From the NCBI GenBank assembly GCA_965644295.1, contig CBFFRP010000210.1:62001-126000 (forward strand): 64,000 bases of DNA, in the 5' to 3' direction. Position numbers and translations under genes: made by a program. Below the pieces are notes generated by a model. It did not search any database. It was given only the letters and a program-made list of their open reading frames with translations, and had not been told where the DNA came from. The stretch's first letter is position 1, and every line of letters begins with the position of its first letter. Origin of the DNA: Paraphysomonas bandaiensis. Lineage: Eukaryota; Protista; Chrysophyceae. This document shows positions 34,544 to 47,768 of this stretch, piece by piece.

Positions 34544-35374
34544 ATGGGTGAATATGAGATCAATATCAATCGCAGTGATCTTAAATTCAGCTGTGCTCAT
34601 TTCATTGCCTTTAAAGGCTTCCGTGAGCGCCTTCATGGACATAACTACACCCTCTCACTGCGCCTAACTGCACAGGTATCACATACATACATATACATAC
34701 ACTCATATACATACTTATGTTGGTAGATACATATATATATATGCAAATATTCATCTGATGTATGGCAGAATACGCTCTCCGATGACGGATATGTTATTGA
34801 CTTCGGTATAGTCAAGAATGTAAGTGAGTGTGAAAGGAGTTCTTTTGATAAAATGCGATCAGATTATGAGGAGGCTGTGCAAGAATCTTCACGAGAAGTT
34901 TATATGTCCTTGTGAGTCTGATGTCCTTCAGATCACAGAGGAAAGTGGCCAAGTCCGAATTGTTTGTGAAGATGGATCTGTATTTAGTTTTCCAAAGGTT
35001 TGCTTAAATATTCAGATATTTCGTTTTGTAACTTTTATCGTAAAGGGAGACTGTGCGATGCTTCCGATTCGTCACTCCTCTGCGGAGGAGTTGGCGCAAT
35101 ATATGTGTTGTGCGATTGTCAGGTTAGCGGATGTTATTGACGGGGTATAAATTTATGCGCTGTATTCAGAGAGCTGACTCTACCGTGTTTGGTGGAAAGA
35201 CATATTCAGCGAATTGACGTTGGAATTGCTGAAGGGGTTGGTCAGGAATCTCGCTTCAAGTGCAATATTCCGTGGTCGCAAGAGGAGTTCGATCATATCT
35301 TTGGTGTGCTTCCTCAGAGTAGTTTTGTTCCCACGAGCTGTACTAAAACTCACAATGATATTGTTGATACTTAA
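34544..35374 (+). CDS. PTPS: 6-pyruvoyltetrahydropterin synthase family protein, PTPS-III type
   Basis: Five exons: FSCAHF, RERLHGHNY, GYVIDFG, HSSAEELAQY, VGIAE. Glu-x-x-His-Gly-His replaces the Cys motif. Confidence 0.88.
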
Positions 35375-36868
35375 CGTGATAACTATAGTGTTTTAAATGC
35401 TAGAAAATAATCAGACTTTACCTTGTTGTAGCGCAGTGTATAGTCTACATTGAGATATGAGATATGCTATATATCAAGTATCGGTGTTAGGAGTGTTGAT
35501 AATAAAGACTTTCACCCCATATTTTATTGAGAGAACCTTATATGAGTTATCTATCTAGAAATAGCTAATACTAAGTACTAAGTTAATGTCGTGTAATGTC
35601 CACTATATTGAAGCCGTTACTCTATTATGAATCCAAGCGGAATGGAAGAAGAAATGATGTACGTCTTTTGTCTTAATTACGGTTTGATGGAGATACTCTA
35701 TATTCTATATTCTACACTCCATACACTATACATTCAATTCAATTCCCAAATTTTATGTAGGCGATATATTTGAGAAGCATCGGATCAAATACATTTGATA
35801 TGGTTGAAAACGTGGTTTCAATAATGATGCCACCTGGGTCAACTCATATTTAGCTGACGAGAATTATCTTGATAGCGAATACCTTCCGGGCATATTCTAA
35901 CTTGGGTATAACATTCCTCTGAATCTCGATATGGAAATAGAGTGACACTCCAGCAGCACTTCTTTCTGATGCAACGCAAACTCCACGATTTAGAGAGGGT
36001 GTTAGAACAAGTCTAAACTTTGGGACTGTGCAAAGCATGCTGTTATAGACGACATATATACTATACACAGTTTATCTTGAGCTTATTGTACGACTTCCAC
36101 CAGAAATTGAATTATATGCAGGTTCTACACAGGAAATATACACCACTTTACTACTCTTGACAGTGACTATCTACGTAATACTACAGCATGCCTAGGATAC
36201 AGTCACCACTCCCCATGCGACTGTCAACTTGTCAGAAACCGCACCATAGAGTCACGATCTCAACTGGTAGTGGATATCATGGGCTTTTGTTGTAATCCTT
36301 TCATAACTTCTAATGATACGCATGTTCTACTTAACAATCCAACCTTTAAGTACTGACCGTTGGATACACACAGTGGTTGCACCTGCTGTATATATATGTG
36401 CAGCAGTATTACTGCGGTATTCCACTGTATGTCCGTCCACAGCAGTGCACTGTGCATCTGTGCGTACGTGCGTACACTACCTGCTGTACTCGTGTACCAC
36501 ACTATACAGCCATACGGTGTACTGCTACACTGTAACATTATACGTCTACCGTCTATACATACTGCTGTACTTACACATCTGCTGTACACTCTGTACACTG
36601 CTGTATATACTGCTCCACTGTATCGTCGTACAACGTTATACGTCTACCCTCTATACATACTGTACTTACACACTCTGCTGTACACTGCTGTCTACGTACT
36701 CTTGTCTACAGTATGACTGTGTACCGTATACACACAGTACAGCAGTGTATATACAGCAGCGGTTGTATCTGCTCTCATATATACATACATGCATACATAC
36801 ATGACCATAACACACTAGAGAAAACACAGTGAGACAAGACTCATACACATCCTCTAGCAACATCATTC

Positions 36869-38045
36869 ATGGAAGAAGAAGACGAACTCATCCCTCAACC
36901 AGATATAAGGGGTCTTCTTGATTTAACTAATCGAGCATGGGTTAATTTAGATCCGGTTATATGGACCATGTTAGTCTATGCTTATATATGGAGATATGCG
37001 TGTATACAGATAGATGTACATACATACACAGATATACATACATATACATACATAAACCTTCCATCTGATAGTGTCTGTTACTGTACAGGGCAAAGAGTAT
37101 TGTAGTTCTCGATCTCTCATACAACAGACTGCATGCCATTCCACCTGAAATCGGAGAACTTCAATTGCTTCGGTAAGATCTCTTATAAGATGACTGTTAT
37201 TAACTGTTAATATCATTATACAGAGAGCTCAGAGCCTCTTTTAATATCATCACACATGTTCCCTCTGAAATTGGAAAACTTAAACGATTACGTAAATTGA
37301 TTCTTAATGGGAATAGAATTGCATCATTGCCACCTGAGGTGGGACGACTTGAGATGTTAGAAGAATTGGTTGTTTCAGAGAATTGTTTAGAAGAAATACC
37401 CCATACGATTGCTACTATGGCTATGCTTCGAGTTTTAAAGGTATTGGACGTGCTATTACATTTAATCACTTGTATTCATACTTTTAAAGCTCCAGAACAA
37501 TCTCCTCAGGCTGATACCTTACGAGCTAGTGGATGTGGTAACATTAGAAGAATTGGACTTCTCCGGGAATGCGAACTTAAAAATGGTTCCTAAGTTGTGG
37601 CAGGGTGACACAGACAGTGTTCTTTTCGTCTGTAAAATTCATCGAGGTGTGTCTTGCTGTTCGGTCTAACATTACCGACGATTGTGACATTTCATACGTG
37701 CTGGACAGACTACCAATGGCAGATGCAGGAAATTTCATCATCGAACAATGATCTAGTCAAACATTCACAGTATTTAGAGCAGGAGCAACTCCTTATGAAG
37801 GTAAAGTTCAATGAGTGCTATATACTTTACAGTTACAATGTTACCCAGGAACAAATCGCAAAGTTGAAAAATGAAATCGAGCTGCTGAGGCGGTCAATGC
37901 CTGCATCTAGTCTTAAGAAATTTGAACAAAATGCGAAGTATATACCAATAATATGTTTGAGTTTTTGTCACTATTTGAATGTAGGATCGCGGCAGAGCTA
38001 GGTGAAGACCATGAAGTAAAGGGCTCGAAATGTACCATTATGTAA
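36869..38045 (+). CDS. Leucine-rich-repeat and coiled-coil protein with a C-terminal CaaX box (CTIM)
   Basis: About seven short exons with LxxLxLxxNxIxxLPxEIG repeats. The last exon reads IAAELGEDHEVKGSKCTIM-stop (TAA 38043-38045). Confidence 0.85.
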
Positions 38046-39660
38046 TTGGTGTGTGCTGCTTTTACTCGAATGTTTATATTCCTCTTTTACTGATCCCGTG
38101 GTGTTGTGTATGTAAGAGATTGATTGATCACTTAGGGTAGTAAAATAATTTCCCTTCCCCTTTATATATGTTAAATTCTCACTCTTGTGATGCCCGTTCA
38201 AACTGCAAAGCACAAATAACTGCACCCACTATGTTTTGGTGCTACTACATACGTAGCAGTAGTCTACGCTAGATATACAGTCCTGTGTTATAGACTTGGA
38301 CATTACACTGAAGTAAACTGTGCTCGACATGCAAGGGATCTATTATTGGACCTAGTTATTGTGATGTAGTTTCCTCGTCACACCAAACATAGTGTAAAAA
38401 TCTAGTCAACGTGTTGAAAGTCTAATCGTTAAATATTTCATATTCTCAATTCACAATGACTCGTAGGTTGTAGGTTGACAAAACGTTCATGGTAATCACC
38501 AACAAACGAATGCAAATATTGAATTCTTTATTTCGTTCAATAGTTTTTTACACCAAGATTAGTGTGACCAGATAATCCAACCAATTTGACTAATTTCATG
38601 AGACGTAAATCTTAAACGTACACAACACACAACGTACTTTCAAGAAGGACTATACTTATTAACCTAAACACTTCACAACGTGTTCGTGTAATATCTGGTG
38701 AACTCTGTTCTTATTAACATGTACATTATAAAATTCACATCTTATCATAAGTTCACCAGTCAATCTTATATCCGTAAATATTATAATATAAACGTTCATC
38801 AATGACTGAATTACTTCCTTTGTGATTATATTCGCCCTTTACAGCTAAGTGTTGGGTTCACCTATTCCACACTATAAACTCACTTTAAATATACAAACAG
38901 TAGTCAACACTCCCACTCAATTGGATGCATTTAATATATCGGATAGGCAACCACCGAATCTTATGGGACACAAGTGGACGTATACCTCCTCCGTTATATC
39001 TAGCTTCTACCACACGCATTCATTCCAAACCCTTGGGCACCTTTGCAATAATCTGCTTTGTAGTTTTCAATTTTGCTTCAGTATTGCTCTCTCTGTTCAA
39101 TAAATAAAGAAATAGAGGACCACCTAAAGCCGTGGTATATCAGTCATCTGATGCCGATTGCTTACATGAATTAACTTCTACGTTCTAACCTCTCTGATAC
39201 TCTCAACAAAGTTGGGCTCGCATGATTTGCTGTGTTCTAGGGAACAAGTACCAGGAAGATTGTTTCTGGGGAACTATCGTTAGCGAATTTGTAAATGCTT
39301 GTGTGGTGCAAAAGAAAAAAATTGTGGATTACTAGGAAATTAAACTATAGCAATACTATATTCAGTGCACAATATTCAATATTTTCTATTAATAACCTGA
39401 CCAAGTAGTATCTTAGCTGACTAATAGTACTCATTTGATTGCAGATAGGACTATTTCAATGCACCCTCAACTTTTAGTCGGACTCGCACCTTTTCGTGGT
39501 GCTCTCTGTGGGGGATAAGAACTGGAGATATTTCTGTGGGAAACTAACGTGAGCTGCATAACTGTCCACAGATATTGTTGTGCTCACTCATAGCCAAAAA
39601 TGCTTGTGTAGTGTGTGGTACAAGGGACACATGTGTCGATGTCATTGGGTCTTAACGACT

Positions 39661-39905
39661 TAACCATATCCGGGAATGGGCCCACCTCAACGGCGTCCGG
39701 GGGGTATTGGGCTGCCTACTGAAGTCAAGCATCCGGACTAGTTCACCTTAAGGACAGAGAGCGAAAGTGGTTGCACCTTGGTGCTTGCGGTGACGCAGAC
39801 GAAGTTTTCGTAGGATATTAGAGTTCAGCACTAGTTTATTGTTTCACTACATTATTTCTGACCCTTACACGCCTATTGCTAATAATCAGGCGTTCACTAC
39901 TACTA
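39661..39905 (+). mobile_element. SINE-like family B, longest copy, with a 5S rRNA-like head
   Basis: CCATATCCGG...GAAGTCAAGC ATCCGGACTAG...AGGACAGAGAGC...CCTTGGTGCTTGCGGT, then the shared tail ending (CTA)n. Confidence 0.65.
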
Positions 39906-40199
39906 ATGCAAATATAATTGACAGTTTACATATGATCAGTACTAGAAAATTGTACCCTTCGTTATTAAACATATTCATCGGTATGTTATCAAATGTCGAC
40001 ACACATATACAAATTTTGAACTCACTTTACATAGCTAACAAATACGAAGATGTCATTTTTCAATTCTCATACTGAGTTCATCAAAACAAGCACTGTGACA
40101 AAATTGCATTATGTACAAAACATACCAAAATATCTGACGATCTAAAGGCATTTCTGTCTCACACAAAACCGAGCTTCCTCGGGCAGCGGCAGTTTATCC

Positions 40200-42545
40200 C
40201 TAGTTCATTCCGTTCAGCGGCTGGTCATTTTCCCATAAACCCTCAAATTCTCTCCCGTCTGCATATTGCATTTTTCCCTCGCCATGCCTGCGATCCTCCC
40301 TCCAGCTACCGACGTAAACTCCACCAGATGAATACTCCATGCGACCTTGACCGTGCATTGCGTTTTTAAACCACTCGCCACTATAGATGCTGCCATTTCC
40401 CAAGGTGAGGATGCCTTGCCCATGTCGTTTGTCATCTATGTACTCGCCATCATAGACATTGCCATTGGGGTATATCATGCGTCCCTTCCCGTGCTTTTTG
40501 TCGTCCAGCCACTCTCCAGTATAAATATTTCCAGTACGGTACGTCATGGTGCCCGTTCCATGCTTACAGCCGTTCAAGAAATCGCCTTCGTAAATGTGAC
40601 GAGATCCTGCGACATCCGTGTCCGCGGAGGAGATGGAAGCCACACTCACAGAAGAGCTATCACTACATTTGTAGGGGTAGGTGGCAACTCCATGGCCAGT
40701 TATGTTTTCTCCAGACCACTCTCCAGAGAACAAAATACCTTCCACTGTTACCCATTTTCCTTTCCCGCACGGCTTACTTTCCACCCACTCACCGTCATAC
40801 GTATCTCCATTACAAAATTTCATGACACCGATGCCGTGCATCTTATCATCTTTCATCTGGCCCTGGTATTTTCCACCATCAGGGAGGTCCACAATACACT
40901 CCTTGTCAGTATAAGTACAGCAGTATGAGGACCCATCCACACAAGTCACTTTTCCTTTTCCCCGTCTCTCCCCCTCAACCCACTGACCAGTGTACACAGT
41001 CCCATCAGCGTGCTTCATATCACCCTCGCCATGCCGCTTGTCTCCTGCCCAGGTTCCAGAGTATACTCCTCCGTCAGCATAAGTCATCACTCCTCGGCCG
41101 TGTCTCTTTCCGCGCTCCCACATGCCACAGTAAACTCCCCCATCAGAATATGTCATTTTCCCGGTCCCACTCCTAATCCCATCGCTGACGTACCCTTCGT
41201 ACACCTCTCCTTGTGGCCCTAACTCGCGCAAATGCTTTGCCACCATAATATCATCCCTCCACAGTGACGCACACTCCTCGCCATCAGGGCCACTTAGGAT
41301 TCCCTCACCAGACCGTTTGCCATCTTCCCACTCGCCGTCGAATACGCTTCCGTCTGCATATCGCATGCAGCCCCTGCCATGTCTTTTACCCTCATGAAAA
41401 GAGCCTACGTACTTGGAACCATCCGAATATGTGAGAATTCCATGACCCTCTCGACGCCCCCCCCGCCATCCACCACTGTATACAGAACCATTAGCACAAT
41501 GCATGGTACCCACCCCACATCGAGAACCTTCCCAGAAGAATCCCTCATAGGATCCACCTTTGCTAAACTTCATGAGGCCTATGCCACACATTTCATCTCG
41601 TACCCACTGTCCCAGGTACATATCCCCATCATCAAACACTGCCTCACCCACGCCACTCTTCATGTTCACTTCAAAGAGTCCTGCGTAATATCCCCCAGAT
41701 GCATACGTCATAACACCTTCCCCATGAAGGTCGTTGTTCATGAAACTTCCCTCATACTGGTTCCCATTGGGGTAAACAAGAACCCCTTGACCATGTCGTC
41801 GTCCCTGGTGATACTCTCCATAATAGGTACTCTTGTCACGATATGTCATCACTCCTTGCCCTTCACGAAGGTTGTCCTTCCATTTTCCAACGTATACCTC
41901 ACCAGTGGATACGTAAGTCATCGTTCCTTGTCCGCAACGCATATCATCACAGAACTCTCCTTCATACGTATTTCCATTTGCACATGAAAACACACCTTTT
42001 CCATTCATTTTATTATGTTCCCATTCCCCCGTATATGAGCTTCCATCTGCATATTTCATCACACCATAACCACTTCTGACATTATTATTAAATGCTCCTA
42101 TAAAACAACTTCCATCTGTATATTTCATCATCCCATTCCCATGTTTCTTATTCTCTATCCAATCCCCTTCATAGATATTCCCATTAGAGTATACCATCTT
42201 ACCAGTTCCACTAGGTGCCCCATTATAGAATGAGCCGCTATATACAGACCCATTCCTGTAGATCATCTGACCCATACCACACATACGATTGTCTTCCCAA
42301 TCACCCTCATAGATATCCCCATTCGGGTATCTTATAGTCCCTTTCCCACACATCTTACTGTGATAGAAGGAGCCTCTATATACAGTCCCATCTGTGTATG
42401 TTAGCGCCCCTGTTCCTGTCATATGAACACCATCCCATTCACCATAATAAACATTCCCATTATCAAAATGAACTTCAGCATATTCGATTGATCTTTGAGT
42501 ATTTGTATGTGGATAAGGGGAGGATGTCATTGAATGCATAGCCAT
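40200..42545 (-). CDS. MORN-repeat protein (roughly 30 repeats)
   Basis: 781-aa intronless ORF of YxGxWxxxxxxGxGxxxYxxG units. Confidence 0.93.
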   Translation of the reverse strand: MAMHSMTSSPYPHTNTQRSIEYAEVHFDNGNVYYGEWDGVHMTGTGALTYTDGTVYRGSFYHSKMCGKGTIRYPNGDIYEGDWEDNRMCGMGQMIYRNGSVYSGSFYNGAPSGTGKMVYSNGNIYEGDWIENKKHGNGMMKYTDGSCFIGAFNNNVRSGYGVMKYADGSSYTGEWEHNKMNGKGVFSCANGNTYEGEFCDDMRCGQGTMTYVSTGEVYVGKWKDNLREGQGVMTYRDKSTYYGEYHQGRRHGQGVLVYPNGNQYEGSFMNNDLHGEGVMTYASGGYYAGLFEVNMKSGVGEAVFDDGDMYLGQWVRDEMCGIGLMKFSKGGSYEGFFWEGSRCGVGTMHCANGSVYSGGWRGGRREGHGILTYSDGSKYVGSFHEGKRHGRGCMRYADGSVFDGEWEDGKRSGEGILSGPDGEECASLWRDDIMVAKHLRELGPQGEVYEGYVSDGIRSGTGKMTYSDGGVYCGMWERGKRHGRGVMTYADGGVYSGTWAGDKRHGEGDMKHADGTVYTGQWVEGERRGKGKVTCVDGSSYCCTYTDKECIVDLPDGGKYQGQMKDDKMHGIGVMKFCNGDTYDGEWVESKPCGKGKWVTVEGILFSGEWSGENITGHGVATYPYKCSDSSSVSVASISSADTDVAGSRHIYEGDFLNGCKHGTGTMTYRTGNIYTGEWLDDKKHGKGRMIYPNGNVYDGEYIDDKRHGQGILTLGNGSIYSGEWFKNAMHGQGRMEYSSGGVYVGSWREDRRHGEGKMQYADGREFEGLWENDQPLNGMN

Positions 42546-43214
42546 GTGTGTGTATGTATGTATATGTATGTGTGTATGAGATGTGTGTGTATATGCGTAT
42601 GTATGTATGTGTATGTGTGTGTGTGTATGTATGTATGAGATGTGTGTGGTTATATATGGTAGTTAGGGGATGTAGTTTACTGTATAGTAGATACTGATAT
42701 GTATGGTATGTAAGGCATATGATGGTGTATGGTATGTACTGATCGACTTGGTTAGATGAGATGTATGTATACACGTGAAGTGATGGATGATTTTAAGAGA
42801 ATGAAGTCGAAGTGCACACTGTGTATGTATGTAGGACTGCTATAGTGACAGATACTCATACAAACATCAAGCAGTGCACGTCTATATATATATACATATG
42901 GCGGTATACTGTATATTACATACTGCTGTACACACAACAGTAACTCTTGAGTATATGGTGTAGCCCATATACCATATACGTATATAGTCTCTATGTACTG
43001 CTGTATGCTGTATGTGTACACCGGTACACAGGAACTCAAATATTTCATACTACACACTGTATTCTCCGTATACTATACTCTCCCAACAGCCTCCCTACGC
43101 ATGTATACAGACTGTATTTCATGTAACTGTAACAGCAACGGTAATAAGTAAGATCGCATCATACATACATAGACACCCCTTTAAAGCCATAAGCTGAATC
43201 TAACTGTACGTACT

Positions 43215-44117
43215 ATGGGTGCTAGTGCTTCTGTAGATGCACCTGAGGCAGTAAGACTAGCTAAGCTAGAGTATTTATCTCAGCGAGGGAAGCCTCACGA
43301 TGCATCAGATATATCTGATCTGACCTCTGCTCAGCTTGAAATATCCAAACTACGGAATCTTTGTCGTTTGTTACAGCCCGATGAGGTGGATAAATTTATG
43401 AATCAAAGAGGAATTAATGGTCCCTCTGATTCCTCTCAAGTCCATTCAGAGAATGCGGATATTACACAGTCAGGAGGTGAACTGTGCAAGGCTCTCAAGG
43501 CAAAGCTGGATGCTCGAGTCACATCATTACAAGAAGCATTTAGTAAAATTGATGTTACGAATAGCGGGTATATAACTAAAGAAGAATTATATAATGTCAG
43601 TTTAGATATTTTCATGGATTCAATTTGAATAATCTATCTACAGGCATGCTGGTACTGGGGAGTACGACTTGAAGACAACGATTTATCTCTTATACAAAGT
43701 TTCACCCATATAAATCCAAATGATCCTGGAAGTAGGGAGAAGAATATTAACCACTCTGAGTTTATTGAATTGATGAGTAAGATATTAGCTCATGACCCCA
43801 ATGAGGCAAATTCCGATATGAATCACATCTACCATACAATTCGCTCCAGAGTAGTGGATGCTGGCTTAACAATGAAACAAGCTTTTCACAAGTTTGATAT
43901 CAATGGATCCGGGTGCATCGAGGCCAATGAGATGCATCAAGTATTACGTTCGTTTAACATATCGTACACAGACGATCAGTTTGAAGAGCTGTACGATCTC
44001 TTTGATCGGAATAAGGATGGAAAGTTTCAGTATCACGAGTTTGTAACTATGATGCAGCAGCCTGATATAGCTGACACGGCTATCACGAAACCACATACAT
44101 CATCGCACGAAGCCTGA
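43215..44117 (+). CDS. N-myristoylated EF-hand calcium-binding protein
   Basis: Starts MGASAS. EF loops DVTNSGYITKEE, DINGSGCIEANE and DRNKDGKFQYHE. Intron at about 43596-43642. Confidence 0.88.
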
Positions 44118-44512
44118 TGCATGTGCGACGTTTCATTTCACGTAATTATATTTCGATTGTGATCAACTTTGAAATATGTACCTTATGTTTGTAGTAAATA
44201 TTTATTCAGTGTATGTGTGTATAAAGTAATTGTGTGTAGTAATTCTTTAAGAACTTATAAAAGAGTGTATGTATCGCGTCATTGCTATATAGAAGGTATA
44301 AACCATTCGTACTAAGTACCACTAAGTATTAGAATACTATTAGTATTATTAGAACGATAAAATAGGCAGCTGTGAAATTCCTATCTATACAGTGTGTGAA
44401 TGATGTAATTACTAAATTCTGTACATGTATTGCTGATATATGCTGATTATATATGCGACTCATATTAATTTCCGGGAGAAATATCCCCGGTACTTATCCT
44501 CGCTATGGAACA

Positions 44513-44559
44513 CAGGGCTGCGTATCAATTAATTGACAATTAATTGATACGCAGCCCTG
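44513..44559. mobile_element. 47-bp palindromic hAT-type mini-element with a perfect 8-bp TSD
   Basis: ATGGAACA|CAGGGCTGCGTATCAATTAATTG-A-CAATTAATTGATACGCAGCCCTG|ATGGAACA. Confidence 0.9.
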
Positions 44560-44970
44560 ATGGAACAGTCTGGTAGCTGGATATATTAAATGAAATGACA
44601 GTTTACACATCTCCAGCGCTGTGAAGCTAAAACGATGTTGTAGTTTATATATTGTTCTTTTCTGCAATATTATTTATTATATGTACAATCGTTTTATAGT
44701 AAACTCATCTTCTTCTTATCGTATTATGTCATAGATATCTTACTACACAGCGACAGTAACCCTTATGTTATCCTGTTTCAAACTTTCAAACACCATACAC
44801 AATTGAGAGATAATAGAGTTATTGTTGCGATGATTTAAGGTGCACTCAAAATTTTTATGCGGTAACTGGTAAACCTACACTATCGAGTATCGAGAATATA
44901 AAACTAATATGTGAAGGACTACATCTGACCTCTGACAACGCTAAATATTAGGATATCAGAGACTCTGATT

Positions 44971-45060
44971 CAGAGTTAAGCAATAGTTAGTTAAATTGTT
45001 TTGCTAAATTAGTTTCGACTCTTACATGCCTATTGCTTATAATCAGACATTCTACTAATA
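44971..45060 (+). mobile_element. Family B 3' tail, 5'-truncated copy
   Basis: CAGAGTTAAGCAATAGTTAGTTAAATTGTTTTGCTAAATTAGTTTCGACTCTTACATGCC... matches 6610-6697. Confidence 0.7.
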
Positions 45061-45303
45061 AGTTCCTTATTAAATTCAATGTTCATGCAACTTCAATCTT
45101 GTCACTGGCTACTGGCTACCTACTACTACATTCACAACTCAAAAGATCCATATGTTCCATTTAGAGAATAAAAGTAATAACATTTTAAATAGGGATGATA
45201 GCAATTTAGCAAACGAATTTAATTATAATATAACATATTCTGGAACAATGGAAGCGGTAAAAATTTCTGGGTGCGATAACTCCCCTTTGAAGGACTTCAT
45301 CCC

Positions 45304-46989
45304 TCACTTCTCCCTCCTCTTAACTCGAACAGGTAGGCCATTCTTCGGCCGAGTTGTAAAATGAGTCTCTATCGCTTTGCTGTCATCCAACATCTCTGGA
45401 TCCGCCAACTCAAATTCAAACCTCGACACCAGCATCACCAATCCGAGTTTAAGCTCCATGAGAGCAAGGTTCATACCAATACAGTTCCTCATACCAAAAG
45501 AAAAGGGTAAAAAAGCGAGTTCATCCGAAGCGTGTCCCATGCCAGCATAAGCTGCCTGGGATGACATCCTATTGATAACACTTGAATCTTTTTTCCCTCC
45601 TTGTGACTGTTCATACGACTCACTGGAATCAAGTGGATCCTGTTCCTTTTCTACGCTGCTCTTGCCAGTCTCATTCGAAGTTTGTGGTAAAAATCGTTCC
45701 GGTTTGAACTCTGTCGCATCTGCACCCCACACAGCGGTGGAGTTATGAATCGCATATATGTTCACCTCCACCCACCACCCGTACGGTAAATGGATATCGT
45801 CAGTCAAATTGTATCCTTCTTTCATATTAACCCGTCGAAAGCTTCCAGAGCTCGCAGTCGGATACCTCCTCATGCTCTCCTTTAGCACCGCTTCCACATA
45901 TGGAGGAATAATCACACCAGACCCACCTCCAGATTCCTCAGATGGGAGTTGATGCATTTTGTCCACAGATTCTTGTGCGCGTTTCTGAACTTCCCTATTC
46001 GCCGCCAACGCATACACAGCGAATGCCAATGTGTGGGCAGTGGTGTCCATACCAGCCAAGAAAAAAACACCAATCTCCCCAAGAACTTCCTTCTCAGTCA
46101 CACCTGGGAGGTCAGAAAACGCAAGTATAGACTCAGCAAGACTATTTCGGGGAAGTGTACCCGCCTCACGCAGTGACCTGCAGAGAGCGTTAAGTATAAT
46201 ACACACACGTATGAACTCCTCTTACCGGATGTGCCTAAGAATCTCGCACTTGAATTCATTGAATACGTCGCCCGCTCTTTTTCGTCGTTGAAAGGGACCA
46301 AAAGGCAAGCGTAAAAGGTACCAGGAGAAGGGAAGAAAGAGAACCCACCTCTCCTCAAATAGTGATTTTAGTGCATCATGAAGATACTCACAACGCTCTT
46401 TTGATAAGTCCATTTCGAATGCCACTTTACATATGATTTCAAGAGTCAATCGTTGAAAGAGAACATCAATTTTAAGCACTTGATTTGATTGACAGTATTT
46501 GTCTATCTCATTACACGCAGAGGCACTGATCGAACTCACGGATGATATATGATTCTTTAAACATAAAGTTGAAAATGCTTTACGAAATGAACTGCGTCGT
46601 TTTTGCCATTCCTGACCAGTTTCAACATTAAATGTATTTGTCTCAATTACACTTGGATTAGGATTATGAAAGATACCTTTACCATGTATATCACGTAATG
46701 CTTTACGGGCAAGATGAGGATCACTGATGAGTATAACACGACGACCATATGATATGAATTGTTGTATAGGTCCCTTATCTTCCATTAGACGATATACAAG
46801 TGACTCATTACCAAACTTAGTAAATCCAAATAAGATACTATTAGATGGAATATGTGGAAGTAGAGGAACCGGAGAGAGGGATGTCTGACGGACATATATA
46901 TATATACATATCGATCCGATCACACAGAACACAGCAACCAATATACTGGTATTAGTAGAAGGGATGTCTTCGAATGTAGTTTGAGTCAT
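45304..46989 (-). CDS. Cytochrome P450
   Basis: Intron 46178-46225. N-terminal TM anchor, WxxxR, AGMDTT, ESMR, PERF and heme motif FSFGMRNCIG. Confidence 0.95.
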
Positions 46990-47064
46990 GTTTATGGGTA
47001 TAAATGAGAGTAAAGAGTGGAGTTATAGTGATATATGCATGTATATATATGATGATATCGTATC

Positions 47065-47065
<1 letters not shown>

Positions 47066-47095
<30 letters not shown>

Positions 47096-47507
47096 CATAC
47101 ATACATACATACATACATACATACATACATACATACATACATACATACATACATACATACATACATACATACATACATACATACATACATACATACATAC
47201 ATACATACATACATACATACATACATACCTACCTACCTACCTACCTACCTACCTACCTACATACATACATACATACATACATACATACATACATACATAC
47301 ATACATACATACATACATACATACATACATACATACATACATACATACATACATACATACATACATACATACATACATACATACATACATACATACATAC
47401 ATACATACATACATACATACATACATACATACATACATACATACATACATACATACATACATACATACATACATACATACATACATACATACATACATAC
47501 ATACATA
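47066..47507 (+). repeat. (TACA)n microsatellite with an internal (CTAC)n block
   Basis: Read directly; lies between the divergent P450 and 47896 genes. Confidence 0.98.
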
Positions 47508-47642
47508 GCTGTATACTGTACTCCAATTATACAGCAATGACTACAAGAGCACTCTGACTGCAGGACATTTCCAGGATGTGTATTCTTATATAGAAATATC
47601 TATTCACTGTCCAATCAAATTATAGGCAGTCAGCATCACTTT

Positions 47643-47768
47643 TTCGGAAATAAAATGAATTTAAAATATTCGATATTACTGCAATATAACTACGTCTGGA
47701 ATACAGATAATTGTTGTCTCAATATATGAGGCATTATTGAACAAAAATATACAATGGATGCCGATACG
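47643..47768 (+). repeat. About 125-bp upstream repeat, also present at 58904-59029
   Basis: Shared CTGGAATACAGATAATTGTTGTCTCAATA...TTGAACAAAAATATACAA.GGATGCC. Confidence 0.85.

Noticed and set aside
35560-36800. ORFs between PTPS and the LRR gene
   Set aside because: Stop-riddled or derived from low-complexity TAC/CTG-rich sequence; no coherent protein.
39675-39720. HDV-like ribozyme at the head of the SINE-like copy
   Set aside because: It is GC-rich and suggestive, but I could not build the nested double pseudoknot by eye.
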